Of a DNA stretch of 64,000 nucleotides, positions 1 through 8,897 are shown piece by piece. Location of the stretch: the NCBI GenBank assembly GCA_965215185.1, contig OZ244034.1:672001-736000 (forward strand), in the 5' to 3' direction. The translations under genes were made by a program, and so were the position numbers. The number at the start of each line of letters is the position of its first letter. Position 1 is the stretch's first letter. The notes below the pieces were generated by a model that saw only the letters and a program-made list of their open reading frames with translations, made no database searches and had not been told where the DNA came from. This stretch comes from Acidimicrobiia bacterium. Lineage in GTDB: Bacteria > Actinomycetota > Acidimicrobiia > Spongiisociales > ZC4RG35.

Positions 1-2109
1 AATGTCCTCGTTCTCCTGGTACATCCGCCGTATCCCGTCCTCAATGATCACCCCCAACTCATAGGCGTAGGCAGGGTCGTAACTCCTCATGGAAGGGACG
101 GTAGAAGACAGCAACAGGCTGTGACCATCCTGATGTTGAAGGCCCTCGCCCATCAAAGTGGTGCGGCCGGCGGTGGCGCCCAGCAGGAACCCGCGCGCCC
201 GCGCATCGGCTGCCGCCCAGATCATGTCACCCACTCTTTGGAATCCGAACATCGAATAGAAAATGAAGAATGGGACCATGGGCACGCCCCGGTTGGCGTA
301 ACAGGTGGCGGCGGCAGTCCAGGAGGCCAGCGATCCCGCCTCGGTGATTCCCTCTTCGAGGAGTTGTCCGTCCTGTCGTTCCAGGTAGGCGAGGATCATC
401 GCCGCATCCACCGGTTCGTAGAGTTGGCCGCGGGAGGCATAGATACCCAGTTCCCGAAAGAGTGGGTCCATCCCGAAAGTGCGGGCCTCGTCGGGCACGA
501 TGGGCACCACCCGCGGACCGAATTCCGGCGCTCGGCACAAGTTGCGCAAGAGTCGCACGAAGGCGGTGGTGGTGGAGACTTCCACCTTTCCGCTGCCTGT
601 ATTTAATACGTCGAAGGTTTCAGGCGCAGGAAGGGTGAGGGGCTTTCTGACTCTTACTACCCGATTGGGGAGCCATCCGCCCAGGCGCTTGCGACCTTCC
701 AATAGGTATTGGTATTCGGGAGAGGAGATGGGCGGTCGGTAGTAGGGTGGATCCTCATCTCCTTCGAAAGCCTCATCGGGTATCTCCTGGCGAAGCTCCA
801 GACGGTCGCGAAGTTGCTTGAGCTGTTGGTTGGTGAGTTGTTTTATCTGGTGGGTGGCGTTTCTTCCCTCCACATCAGGCCCCAGTGTCCACCCCTTGAT
901 GGTCTTTGCGAGGATTACGGTGGGCGCCCCCGAGGCGCAGGTGGCGGCCTTATAGGCGGCGTATACCTTCTGGGGATCGTGTCCTCCTCGGCGTAACTCC
1001 CAGATGTCCCGGTCAGTGAGATGCTTAGCCATAGCCAGCGTCCGTGGGTCCTTTCCGAAGAAATGTTCTCGCACGAAGGCGCCGTTTTCCGCCTTATAGC
1101 GCTGGTATTCGCCATCCAGGGTCCGGTGCATAACGTCCACCAGCGTCCCGTCGTGGTCCTGTTCCAACAAGGGATCCCATCCCGATCCCCACACCACCTT
1201 TATGACGTTCCAACCTGCTCCCCGAAAGATCGCCTCCAACTCTTGGATGATCTTGCCGTTGCCCCGGACGGGACCGTCCAACCGCTGGAGGTTGCAGTTG
1301 ACCACCCACACCAGATTGTCCAGTCCCTCCCGAGTCGCCAGGGAGATTGATCCCAGTGTTTCCGGCTCGTCGCATTCTCCGTCACCGATGAAGCACCACA
1401 CTCGGCTGTCTTCGGTGGAGTCAACCTCCCGGTTCTGAAGGTACTTATTGAAGCGGGCGTGGTAGAGCGAATTGATGGGGCCCAGACCCATTGAGACTGT
1501 CGGGTACTCCCAGAATTCGGGCATCAGGCGGGGGTGGGGGTAAGAGGAAAGGCCCCCTCCGTCTATCTCCATGCGAAAGTTGTCGAGATGATGTTCGTCG
1601 AGGCGACGCTCCAGAAAGGCGCGGGCATAGATACCGGGCGCGGCGTGTCCTTGGATATAGAGGGCGTCGCCCGGTTGTCCGTCCCCTTTTCCTTGGAAGA
1701 AGTGATTGAAACCTATTTCGTAAAGCAACGCCGAGGAAGCGAAAGTGGACAGGTGCCCACCGATGCCTTTCTCCATGTCGTTGGCCTTGATCACCATCAC
1801 CGCCGCATTCCAGCGTATGAAGCGACGGATCCTCTTCTCCAGCCGCAAATCACCCGGATAGGGAGGTTCCTCCTCGGGCGGGATTGAGTTGATGTAGGGG
1901 GTGCTAATAGAGCCTGGCGCCGCCATACCTTTTTGGCGCGCCCGGTCCATCAGCTTGGTGAGCAAAAACTCCCCCCGGGCCGTGCCGCTTTCTCCAACCA
2001 CCGCATCCAGCGACTCAATCCACTCGTTTGTTTCTTGGGGGTCGGTGTCCTGATGCTGGTGGACAAACCCGTCCACGTAGGAGAGACTGTATTCTTTCCA
2101 ATAGGTCAT
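1..2109 (-). CDS. aceE: Pyruvate dehydrogenase E1 component, homodimeric type (3' end runs off the window)
   Basis: Not in the ORF track because it is truncated. Manual translation from ATG 2109 gives MTYWKEYSLSYVDGFVHQHQDTDPQETNEWIESLDA (AceE D.DP.ET.EW motif); further in, FPTVSMGLGP and the TPP motif GDGECDEPE. Confidence 0.93.
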   Translation of the reverse strand, partial: MTYWKEYSLSYVDGFVHQHQDTDPQETNEWIESLDAVVGESGTARGEFLLTKLMDRARQKGMAAPGSISTPYINSIPPEEEPPYPGDLRLEKRIRRFIRWNAAVMVIKANDMEKGIGGHLSTFASSALLYEIGFNHFFQGKGDGQPGDALYIQGHAAPGIYARAFLERRLDEHHLDNFRMEIDGGGLSSYPHPRLMPEFWEYPTVSMGLGPINSLYHARFNKYLQNREVDSTEDSRVWCFIGDGECDEPETLGSISLATREGLDNLVWVVNCNLQRLDGPVRGNGKIIQELEAIFRGAGWNVIKVVWGSGWDPLLEQDHDGTLVDVMHRTLDGEYQRYKAENGAFVREHFFGKDPRTLAMAKHLTDRDIWELRRGGHDPQKVYAAYKAATCASGAPTVILAKTIKGWTLGPDVEGRNATHQIKQLTNQQLKQLRDRLELRQEIPDEAFEGDEDPPYYRPPISSPEYQYLLEGRKRLGGWLPNRVVRVRKPLTLPAPETFDVLNTGSGKVEVSTTTAFVRLLRNLCRAPEFGPRVVPIVPDEARTFGMDPLFRELGIYASRGQLYEPVDAAMILAYLERQDGQLLEEGITEAGSLASWTAAATCYANRGVPMVPFFIFYSMFGFQRVGDMIWAAADARARGFLLGATAGRTTLMGEGLQHQDGHSLLLSSTVPSMRSYDPAYAYELGVIIEDGIRRMYQENEDI

Positions 2110-2215
2110 CGTCTCACGGAAGGATACCCAGATGAGGGAGGGTGTCAGGTTTGGGTAGATCAGAGGGAGGGTGCCGGGTTTGGAAGGATTAGGGGAAGAA
2201 AGGACTTTTTGTAAG

Positions 2216-3610
2216 TTGCGCATTCTGCTGATCTCCACCTACGAGTTGGGGCACCAACCTCTCCATGTGGCCTGGCCCGCCGCTGCTCTTATCTCGGCGG
2301 GGCATTCCGTGAAAGCGCTGGATCTGGCGGTTGAGCCCTGGGACGATCACAAGGTGAGGTGGGCGGAGGCGGTGGGGCTCTCGGTTCCGATGCACACCGC
2401 TATGCGGCTGGGTGTGGAAACCGCCCGGCGTATCAAGGCGACCCGCTCCGAACTCCCCATCGTGTTTTACGGACTGTACGCGGCCGCGGCAACCGACGAG
2501 GTGGTGGGTCAAGTGGCTGACCGAGCCATTGCTGGTGAGTACACGGCCGAACTGGTCGACTGGTTCGGCCGATTGAAGTCCACCTCTTGGCGGGGAAAGA
2601 CCCCGATCACCATCTCCACTGCTTTGTCCACTTCATTGGTTCCTGCCCGTGGACTCTTGCCCTCTTTGGACAAATATGTCTGCATGGAGCACGGAAGTGT
2701 AAGCCGGTTGGCGGGGTATGTGGAGGGGAGCAGGGGGTGCCGCCACCGGTGTCGGCATTGCCCGTTGCCATCGGTTTACAACGGGCGGTACCGAATCGTG
2801 GATGGCGAAAGTGTCTTGGCCGACATCCGTTGGCTCACTGAGAACGGAGCACAGCACATCACTTTTGGCGATCCCGATTTTCTCAACGGACCTGCCCATG
2901 CCCGACGGCTGATTGAAGCCGCCCATTCCGAGTTCCCTGATATCACCTTCGACTTAACGGTTAAGGTAGAACACATCCTTTCCCATCCAGGGATTTGGCG
3001 GGAGATGGCCGGGCGCAATGTGCTGTTCGTGGTATCGGCTTTTGAGACAGTGAACGATCGGGTGCTCGAGCTCTTGGACAAAGGCCACACGGCTGCCGAT
3101 TTATCGCGGGCGGTGGGAGTGATGAGAGAAGCGGGGATAGCGGTTCGACCGTCATGGCTTCCTTTCACGCCGTGGACCCAACTGTCTGATCTTGACGACA
3201 TCTTCACCTTCATTGCCGATCATGATCTGATGGGGGCCACCGACCCCGTCCAGATGGGGATTCGACTGCTGGTTCCCGAAGGATCGCTGGTGCTGTCTAT
3301 ACCCGGCGCCCGTGAGGAAACACTGGGCAGGTACGACCCACAGGCTCTGGGCTATACCTGGGAGTCTGCTGATCCAGCGGTCGATGAACTTCAGAGACAG
3401 GTTATGGCTTTGGCCGAAGTCGGGAGCTTGGGGGAAATGAACACCCGCCAAACTCTTCACGCACAATGGTCGCAGGCCCGCCTGGTGGTGGGGCGACCGC
3501 CGCCCTCGCTGGAAGAAGTGGAATGGCTGGATCAGGTTCCCGGTCTCACCGAGTCCTGGTTCTGCTGTGCGGAGCCCACCGAAAGGCAGATGGCGGGTAT
3601 ATCCCGATAG
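2216..3610 (+). CDS. CUAEP/CCAEP-tail radical SAM protein with N-terminal B12-binding-like domain (Cys form)
   Basis: CxxxCxxC (CRHRCRHC), N-terminal MRILLISTYELGHQP, C-terminal ESWFCCAEPT. TTG 2216 preferred over the track start at 2171. Confidence 0.85.
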   Translation: MRILLISTYELGHQPLHVAWPAAALISAGHSVKALDLAVEPWDDHKVRWAEAVGLSVPMHTAMRLGVETARRIKATRSELPIVFYGLYAAAATDEVVGQVADRAIAGEYTAELVDWFGRLKSTSWRGKTPITISTALSTSLVPARGLLPSLDKYVCMEHGSVSRLAGYVEGSRGCRHRCRHCPLPSVYNGRYRIVDGESVLADIRWLTENGAQHITFGDPDFLNGPAHARRLIEAAHSEFPDITFDLTVKVEHILSHPGIWREMAGRNVLFVVSAFETVNDRVLELLDKGHTAADLSRAVGVMREAGIAVRPSWLPFTPWTQLSDLDDIFTFIADHDLMGATDPVQMGIRLLVPEGSLVLSIPGAREETLGRYDPQALGYTWESADPAVDELQRQVMALAEVGSLGEMNTRQTLHAQWSQARLVVGRPPPSLEEVEWLDQVPGLTESWFCCAEPTERQMAGISR

Positions 3611-3616
3611 AGGTCT

Positions 3617-5038
3617 TCATCGGTGGGAACGGCATCTTCGCTCGAAGGGGCAGGTGCTGCACCATTCTCCCACCTGAAAGGGAGGAGACGTGGCGTCGAG
3701 GTAGTCCCACTGGGCAGCGGATTCGGCGATTCTGCCCAGTTGAAGAATTAACTTCTCCATCTGGCTTCGCTCCCATACCTTGCGATCACAGACCGGGTCT
3801 TCCCCGATGGTGGAGAGGCGGTGGATGTGAGTGGCCACGGTAGCGCATTTGAGTCGGAGAAAGGCGCCGAGCGCGTACAACTCCGCTTCGAAGGGTTGTG
3901 CCCTTGGTGACGAACCCGTTTTGTGGTCGATCACAGCTGCCGTGCCATCCCCTTCCCGTCCCACCCCGTCGGCGATGCCATACAAGACCACCGAGACAGG
4001 TTTATGACCAGCGCCGAACCGGACCGAGAATCCCAGCGGAAACTCGGTCTCTTTGATGTTGAGGGTGGATGTGCAGGGGAGGCTCAGGTGCTGTCGGTAC
4101 AGAGACTCCATTTCCAGGTCCCCTGAGAAAACCGAGGCGGGTTCATCTGACAGCAAGGCCTTGGCCATCAGTTGATGAAACCTGTTCCCCACCACCAAAC
4201 CGGGGGAAATCTCACGGGAGTAATGATCTTGATCGGGGGGGATGGAGAACCATAGCCTCCAAGCTGCTCTTCTTTCGCAATAGGCCATTTCCGGCAGACG
4301 CGACTTGGAGATCATCAGTCGGAAAGCCGAAGACTTGCGCTTCTTGGGAGGGTTGATCTTCTCCGCTCCTCGGTCGAGGCGGGGAAAGGCATCACATAGG
4401 TCGGTCACCTTGCAGGTTACGCAGTGGGGACCCGCCACGATCATTGGGTCGGAGTTCGCCATCTTTTGGTAGTCGGCCTCCAATTCGGCCAGGACCTCTC
4501 GCGCCTGGTGCCGAGGCATCTCCAGGCGGATCAACTCCCCATCCGCGGTTCTCATCTCATAGGCTTCCAACCGGTCTGGATAGCGGGGGTCGGTGACGAT
4601 GGCGGCGATCTCTTCTGCAGCTGTGGCGAATTCGGTCTCTTCGTCAATCTGCGCTGTCTTGAGTTTGAACATTTTCAACAGACCTTCGGAGCTCGTCTGT
4701 GTGAACTGAAAGGAAACCCTCAGCTTTTCTGTATCAATCGGGATGATCAGATGTGGCCAGTCGCGGTCGATTTCCCCTTGATCGAGCGAGGGCAGGAGCT
4801 TTCTGACTCTATTGACCTGGGCGGCTACGATCGCAGCTTGGACAGGATCGAACTGCTCAGGGGGCGCGGGCTTTGGTGAGTCGATCAGTTCCGCTTCCAG
4901 GGCTTCCCATGTCGCATTCCATCTCCTCAATGAAGGAGTATTCGGGTTCACTGCCGGCGATCGTTCTCCCAGATTGGCAAAGGAACCTGGACACTTTCTT
5001 TTGCTCGGTATGTCGATCAGTTCTTTGGGTGTACTCAT
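3617..5038 (-). CDS. PD-(D/E)XK RecB/Cas4-like nuclease with two tandem domains, the N-terminal one degenerate
   Basis: C-terminal half has G..FH, GIAD, IDHKTG, E..LY and [11 protein letters not shown]-terminal half has CP...[22 protein letters not shown] upstream. Confidence 0.8.
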   Translation of the reverse strand: MSTPKELIDIPSKRKCPGSFANLGERSPAVNPNTPSLRRWNATWEALEAELIDSPKPAPPEQFDPVQAAIVAAQVNRVRKLLPSLDQGEIDRDWPHLIIPIDTEKLRVSFQFTQTSSEGLLKMFKLKTAQIDEETEFATAAEEIAAIVTDPRYPDRLEAYEMRTADGELIRLEMPRHQAREVLAELEADYQKMANSDPMIVAGPHCVTCKVTDLCDAFPRLDRGAEKINPPKKRKSSAFRLMISKSRLPEMAYCERRAAWRLWFSIPPDQDHYSREISPGLVVGNRFHQLMAKALLSDEPASVFSGDLEMESLYRQHLSLPCTSTLNIKETEFPLGFSVRFGAGHKPVSVVLYGIADGVGREGDGTAAVIDHKTGSSPRAQPFEAELYALGAFLRLKCATVATHIHRLSTIGEDPVCDRKVWERSQMEKLILQLGRIAESAAQWDYLDATSPPFQVGEWCSTCPFERRCRSHR

Positions 5039-5109
5039 GTTGTTGGCCTCCTGCCGGGGGTACTGCCGAGGATTATCTTTCCAGCGAGACTTCTACCATC
5101 ATGGCTCAG

Positions 5110-5565
5110 ATGCGGGTAGTGGTGCAAAGGGTTTCCAGGGCGCGGGTGGTGATGGACGGCGAGACGGTCGGGGAGATCGCCGAGGGTCTCGTGGCTCTGG
5201 TCGGGATCACTCATGATGACACCGTGGCGGATGCCCGGGCGGCGGCCTCCAAGATGGCTGGCCTTCGGATATTTGCGGACTCCGAGCGAAAAATGAACCT
5301 CTCCCTGGCCGACACGGGGGGAGCGGCGTTGGTGGTGAGCCAGTTCACCTTGTACGGCGACGTTCGCAAAGGTCGTCGCCCTTCGTTCGTTGCAGCTGCG
5401 CGTCCTGAACCCGCCCAGCGCCTGGTAGACGAGGTGGTGGCCGAATTGCGGGGCCGGGGGATCAATGTAGCCACCGGAAGGTTCGGAGCGATAATGGAGG
5501 TCTCCCTGACCAACGACGGCCCGGTCACCATCCTTTTGGAAACCAGTGGAGGCCGAGTGGTCTGA
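5110..5565 (+). CDS. dtd: D-aminoacyl-tRNA deacylase
   Basis: [14 protein letters not shown] and NDGPVT motifs. Start is 5101 or 5110. Confidence 0.95.
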   Translation: MRVVVQRVSRARVVMDGETVGEIAEGLVALVGITHDDTVADARAAASKMAGLRIFADSERKMNLSLADTGGAALVVSQFTLYGDVRKGRRPSFVAAARPEPAQRLVDEVVAELRGRGINVATGRFGAIMEVSLTNDGPVTILLETSGGRVV

Positions 5566-5582
5566 AGCTCTCTGGTCCTCGA

Positions 5583-8500
5583 TCAAGGCTTTCTCCCGAT
5601 CGAAGCAATGAAGGTTTTACCTGCCGGGCAGACTTGCAGAAAGTCACATTTTCGGCATTCGGTCGAGGGAGTGGGGTCCCAGCGTTCCGCGGTGATGGAG
5701 TGGGCCATGGCCTTCAATCGTTCTCGGGCTGAGGACAGCCACTTTTGGTCCACCGCCTCGGCGCTGGGGAGTTCTGCCAGGCTCCCCCCTCCCAGGTAGG
5801 CAATGGTCACCGAGAGGTTGGTCGGGGTGGGGCCAAGTTCGGGTATTTCCCGCACGGCCAGGGCATAGACCTGCATCTGAGCCAAACGGGCTGAATGGGG
5901 GTCGTCGGCTGGTGGCTGCCCGGACTTGAAGTCAACGATTTCCCAGGTGTCGGAGGCATTTTGGTACACGGCATCAATGCGGCCTCGCACCAAGAAGTTG
6001 TTTTCCAGGTGGAGCGTGAATGCCTTTTCGAGCCACTGGATCTTCATGTCCGAGAAGCGGGACTTGCGGAACACCCCGAATGGGTCAGCGCCGGCTACAG
6101 AGTCCACCGGGCGGTCGTCACCGGTGAGTTCGGGGACTTCGGTGTCCGGTTCCAGCAGAGGGACTTTGCCTTGGTGGTATAGCTCGATCTGGCGGTGGAT
6201 CCGAGTCCCTCGACGGGTGACGTAGGAATAGCGGCGAGGAAGAGGCTCCACCTTTGTCCAAAAGTACTTCTTGGGGCATTGGGCGTAACTCACCAGGTCC
6301 GTTGCCGAAGCGGTGACCAGTTCCGGGCCAGTTTGGGGTGTTGGGTCGGATAGCCGGAACAGCAGGCCCGAGAATTCCTCAAGAGCGGATTGGTACTCTT
6401 CTTCGACTCCCTCCAGGCGGGCCATTTCGGCTATCGAGTCTGGATCCTCCAAGGCGAGGCGTAAACCCTCGGGCCATCCTCTTTCTTTGAAGAGAGGATC
6501 GGGTGCGGAGGCTGCTTGGGTAGAAGTGACGAAGCTGTTAGGGCGAGACCCCGCTGGGTATAGCTGTTCCAAAGCCTCATCCACATTGGCGGGTGGCTCT
6601 TTCTGGGTGGCCAGCCAGACGGCCTTGAAAAAATCGCTTTTCTGGGGGGGTCTGGCTTGTTGGGTGGGTTCCGGATAGCCGTACCAGTGTGCGCCGGAAA
6701 ACACCAATTCTTCTCTTGCGCGAGTGGCAGCCACGTAGGCGACTCGCCATTCTTGGGATCGGTGAGCGGTTTGGGCTCTACTGTAGTTTTGCGCCAAGCT
6801 GGTTTGGATCTTAAGGGCGTTCATGGTGGCCCTGATCTCATTATGAGGGGATGGGTCGATCTGCCATTCCCAGGGGAGGGTCTCGGCTTTCCTATAAGGA
6901 TCGTCGTATCCGCCCACGGCTAGGGAGGGAAAGTTATGCTGGTAGAGCGCCGGGATAAACACCACCGGCCACTCTAGGCCCTTGGCTTTGTGGACGGTCA
7001 GCAGCGGCACCGCGTCCTCATCGGATAGCCGCGCGGCATCTACCTGTTCGGAGGGTTCCTCCAGTAGAGCATCCAGGTAGTTGAGGAATTCCTCCGTAGT
7101 GGATGGTCCTTCCAGCGGTGACCAACTCTCCGCCAGGTCAAGGAAACGGTAAAGGTTGAGATGGGCGGAGAGACGTGTGTTGTCGGACATGGACTCCACG
7201 TCCACCCAGGCCCGGGTCCTCTTGAGGATCAGCCGACACGAATCTCCCGCAGTTCTGCCCTGACAGACACGCAACAGTTGGCGATATTCGTCGTGGAAGC
7301 GACGAAAGGGCTCCTCCAACGATTCGGGCAACTGACTCCAGAACTTGGGATTCTCCAATCCGTCAAGCAGGGCTTGGGGGCGATCATCGCGGTCCCGGTA
7401 GGCAAAGCGGGTCAAATGCCGGATATCTCCCAGCCCCAGTCGGTAGCGACTTCCGCCCAGCAGGCGGGCGGCTGCTTCCCGGTCGTCGAATCGGCCGATC
7501 ACTCTCAGCCAGGAGTGGATCTCCACAACTTCGGGCACGGTGAGCAATCCCCCTATGTTGGCCACTTCCGCCGGGATGTCGTGGGCCTTCAGCTGCCTGT
7601 ACACCCCCATTATGTCCTTGGTTTTGCGAAAGAGCACCGCCATGTCCCGCCAGTTTCTGCCCTCTTTGTGGCGTTCGATCAGCTGTTCGGCGATCCACAC
7701 CGCCTCGTCTATGAATGTGTTGTGCCACTGGGCTGTCACTTTGGAACGGGGCGCGGTGTGAAGAGCTTGAAGCCCGGGCGTATGCGATCCTATTTCCGCC
7801 TTTATTCGGTTGGCAAACCGGACAATCTCCTCTCCGGAGCGGCGGTTCAAGGTGAGGGGGAGGGTTGCGGCGGGCACTCCTTCCTTGTTGGGAAAGTGGG
7901 TGGGGAAGTCTTGAAAATTCTCCAGTGAGGCTCCCCGCCATTCATAGAGGGTTTGATCGGAGTCGCCCACCACTGTCAGAGGAAAGCCATTGCCGAACAG
8001 CTCTTGGAGGATTGCCCGCTGCGCGACGTTGGTGTCTTGGTATTCATCGGCCACCACCGCCCGATAGCGTCCTATGATCCGCCGGGCGATGTGAGGCTGT
8101 GTGGTGATGATCCGATGGGCCTGGGTGATCAGGTCTCCGAAGTCCACCACCCCCAGTTGGCGTTTGAGAGCCTGGTAGTGGCGGGCGGCCTCCACCATGC
8201 CCCGGCGCTTGGAGAAAGTGGCTGCCAGTTTTTGGTAGTTCTCGAAGTCTTTCTTGCGCCGAAAATCTGCTCGTACAAGTTCGGGGATTGCGGCGGACAG
8301 CATCGCCTCTTCGATCTCATCGGGGTCGCGCAGGTGATCAGCCAGGGAAGAGCAGAAACGGATGATCACGCCCGGCAGATAGAAGAAGTTGGTGTTGTCA
8401 AGCCCGGGAAGGGAGTGCTCTCTGACCACCTGTTTTACTAGCTGGCGGGTCTGCGCCGGACCGATGATGGACAGATTCCGCTCGATTTCCACTAGCGCCC

Positions 8501-8897
8501 CGAACTCGGTGACGATTTGGGAGCAAAAGCCGTGATAGGTGTTGACTTGGACTTCCCGGAGAGGCTCAGTGTGGTTGAAGAGCACCTGCTGGATTCGATG
8601 CGCGAGTTCTTGGGCCGCCTTGTTGGTGAAGGTGAGCCCCAGAATCTGCTCCGCAGGTATGCCCTTTTCCACCAGCTTGGCGATCCGATAGGAGACAGTG
8701 GTGGTTTTACCCGTACCGGCCCCCGCCGACACTCGGAGAGGCTGGAGCGGATAGTCCACCACCTCCTGTTGTTCGGAGGAAAGCTTGATTGGGGGAGCAG
8801 CGTTCACGATGTGAAGGCCCCCTGTCCCTCCGGGCAGGCCGGACATAATGTGCGCACCTGGCATTTCCGGCACTCCTTGGAGGGTCGGGGTAGCCAC
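5583..8897 (-). CDS. adnB: UvrD-like helicase-nuclease, AdnB-like subunit
   Basis: AGAGTGKT, TFTNKAA, DEYQD, VGDSDQ, TVHKAKGLEW, YVAATRAR; C-terminal GRIDA/DFKSG/QMQVY nuclease; second gene of a tandem helicase-nuclease pair. Confidence 0.85.
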   Translation of the reverse strand: MATPTLQGVPEMPGAHIMSGLPGGTGGLHIVNAAPPIKLSSEQQEVVDYPLQPLRVSAGAGTGKTTTVSYRIAKLVEKGIPAEQILGLTFTNKAAQELAHRIQQVLFNHTEPLREVQVNTYHGFCSQIVTEFGALVEIERNLSIIGPAQTRQLVKQVVREHSLPGLDNTNFFYLPGVIIRFCSSLADHLRDPDEIEEAMLSAAIPELVRADFRRKKDFENYQKLAATFSKRRGMVEAARHYQALKRQLGVVDFGDLITQAHRIITTQPHIARRIIGRYRAVVADEYQDTNVAQRAILQELFGNGFPLTVVGDSDQTLYEWRGASLENFQDFPTHFPNKEGVPAATLPLTLNRRSGEEIVRFANRIKAEIGSHTPGLQALHTAPRSKVTAQWHNTFIDEAVWIAEQLIERHKEGRNWRDMAVLFRKTKDIMGVYRQLKAHDIPAEVANIGGLLTVPEVVEIHSWLRVIGRFDDREAAARLLGGSRYRLGLGDIRHLTRFAYRDRDDRPQALLDGLENPKFWSQLPESLEEPFRRFHDEYRQLLRVCQGRTAGDSCRLILKRTRAWVDVESMSDNTRLSAHLNLYRFLDLAESWSPLEGPSTTEEFLNYLDALLEEPSEQVDAARLSDEDAVPLLTVHKAKGLEWPVVFIPALYQHNFPSLAVGGYDDPYRKAETLPWEWQIDPSPHNEIRATMNALKIQTSLAQNYSRAQTAHRSQEWRVAYVAATRAREELVFSGAHWYGYPEPTQQARPPQKSDFFKAVWLATQKEPPANVDEALEQLYPAGSRPNSFVTSTQAASAPDPLFKERGWPEGLRLALEDPDSIAEMARLEGVEEEYQSALEEFSGLLFRLSDPTPQTGPELVTASATDLVSYAQCPKKYFWTKVEPLPRRYSYVTRRGTRIHRQIELYHQGKVPLLEPDTEVPELTGDDRPVDSVAGADPFGVFRKSRFSDMKIQWLEKAFTLHLENNFLVRGRIDAVYQNASDTWEIVDFKSGQPPADDPHSARLAQMQVYALAVREIPELGPTPTNLSVTIAYLGGGSLAELPSAEAVDQKWLSSARERLKAMAHSITAERWDPTPSTECRKCDFLQVCPAGKTFIASIGRKP

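Noticed and set aside
3555-3580. Possible selenocysteine recoding in the radical SAM tail
   Set aside because: The codons are TGC TGT; there is no in-frame TGA.
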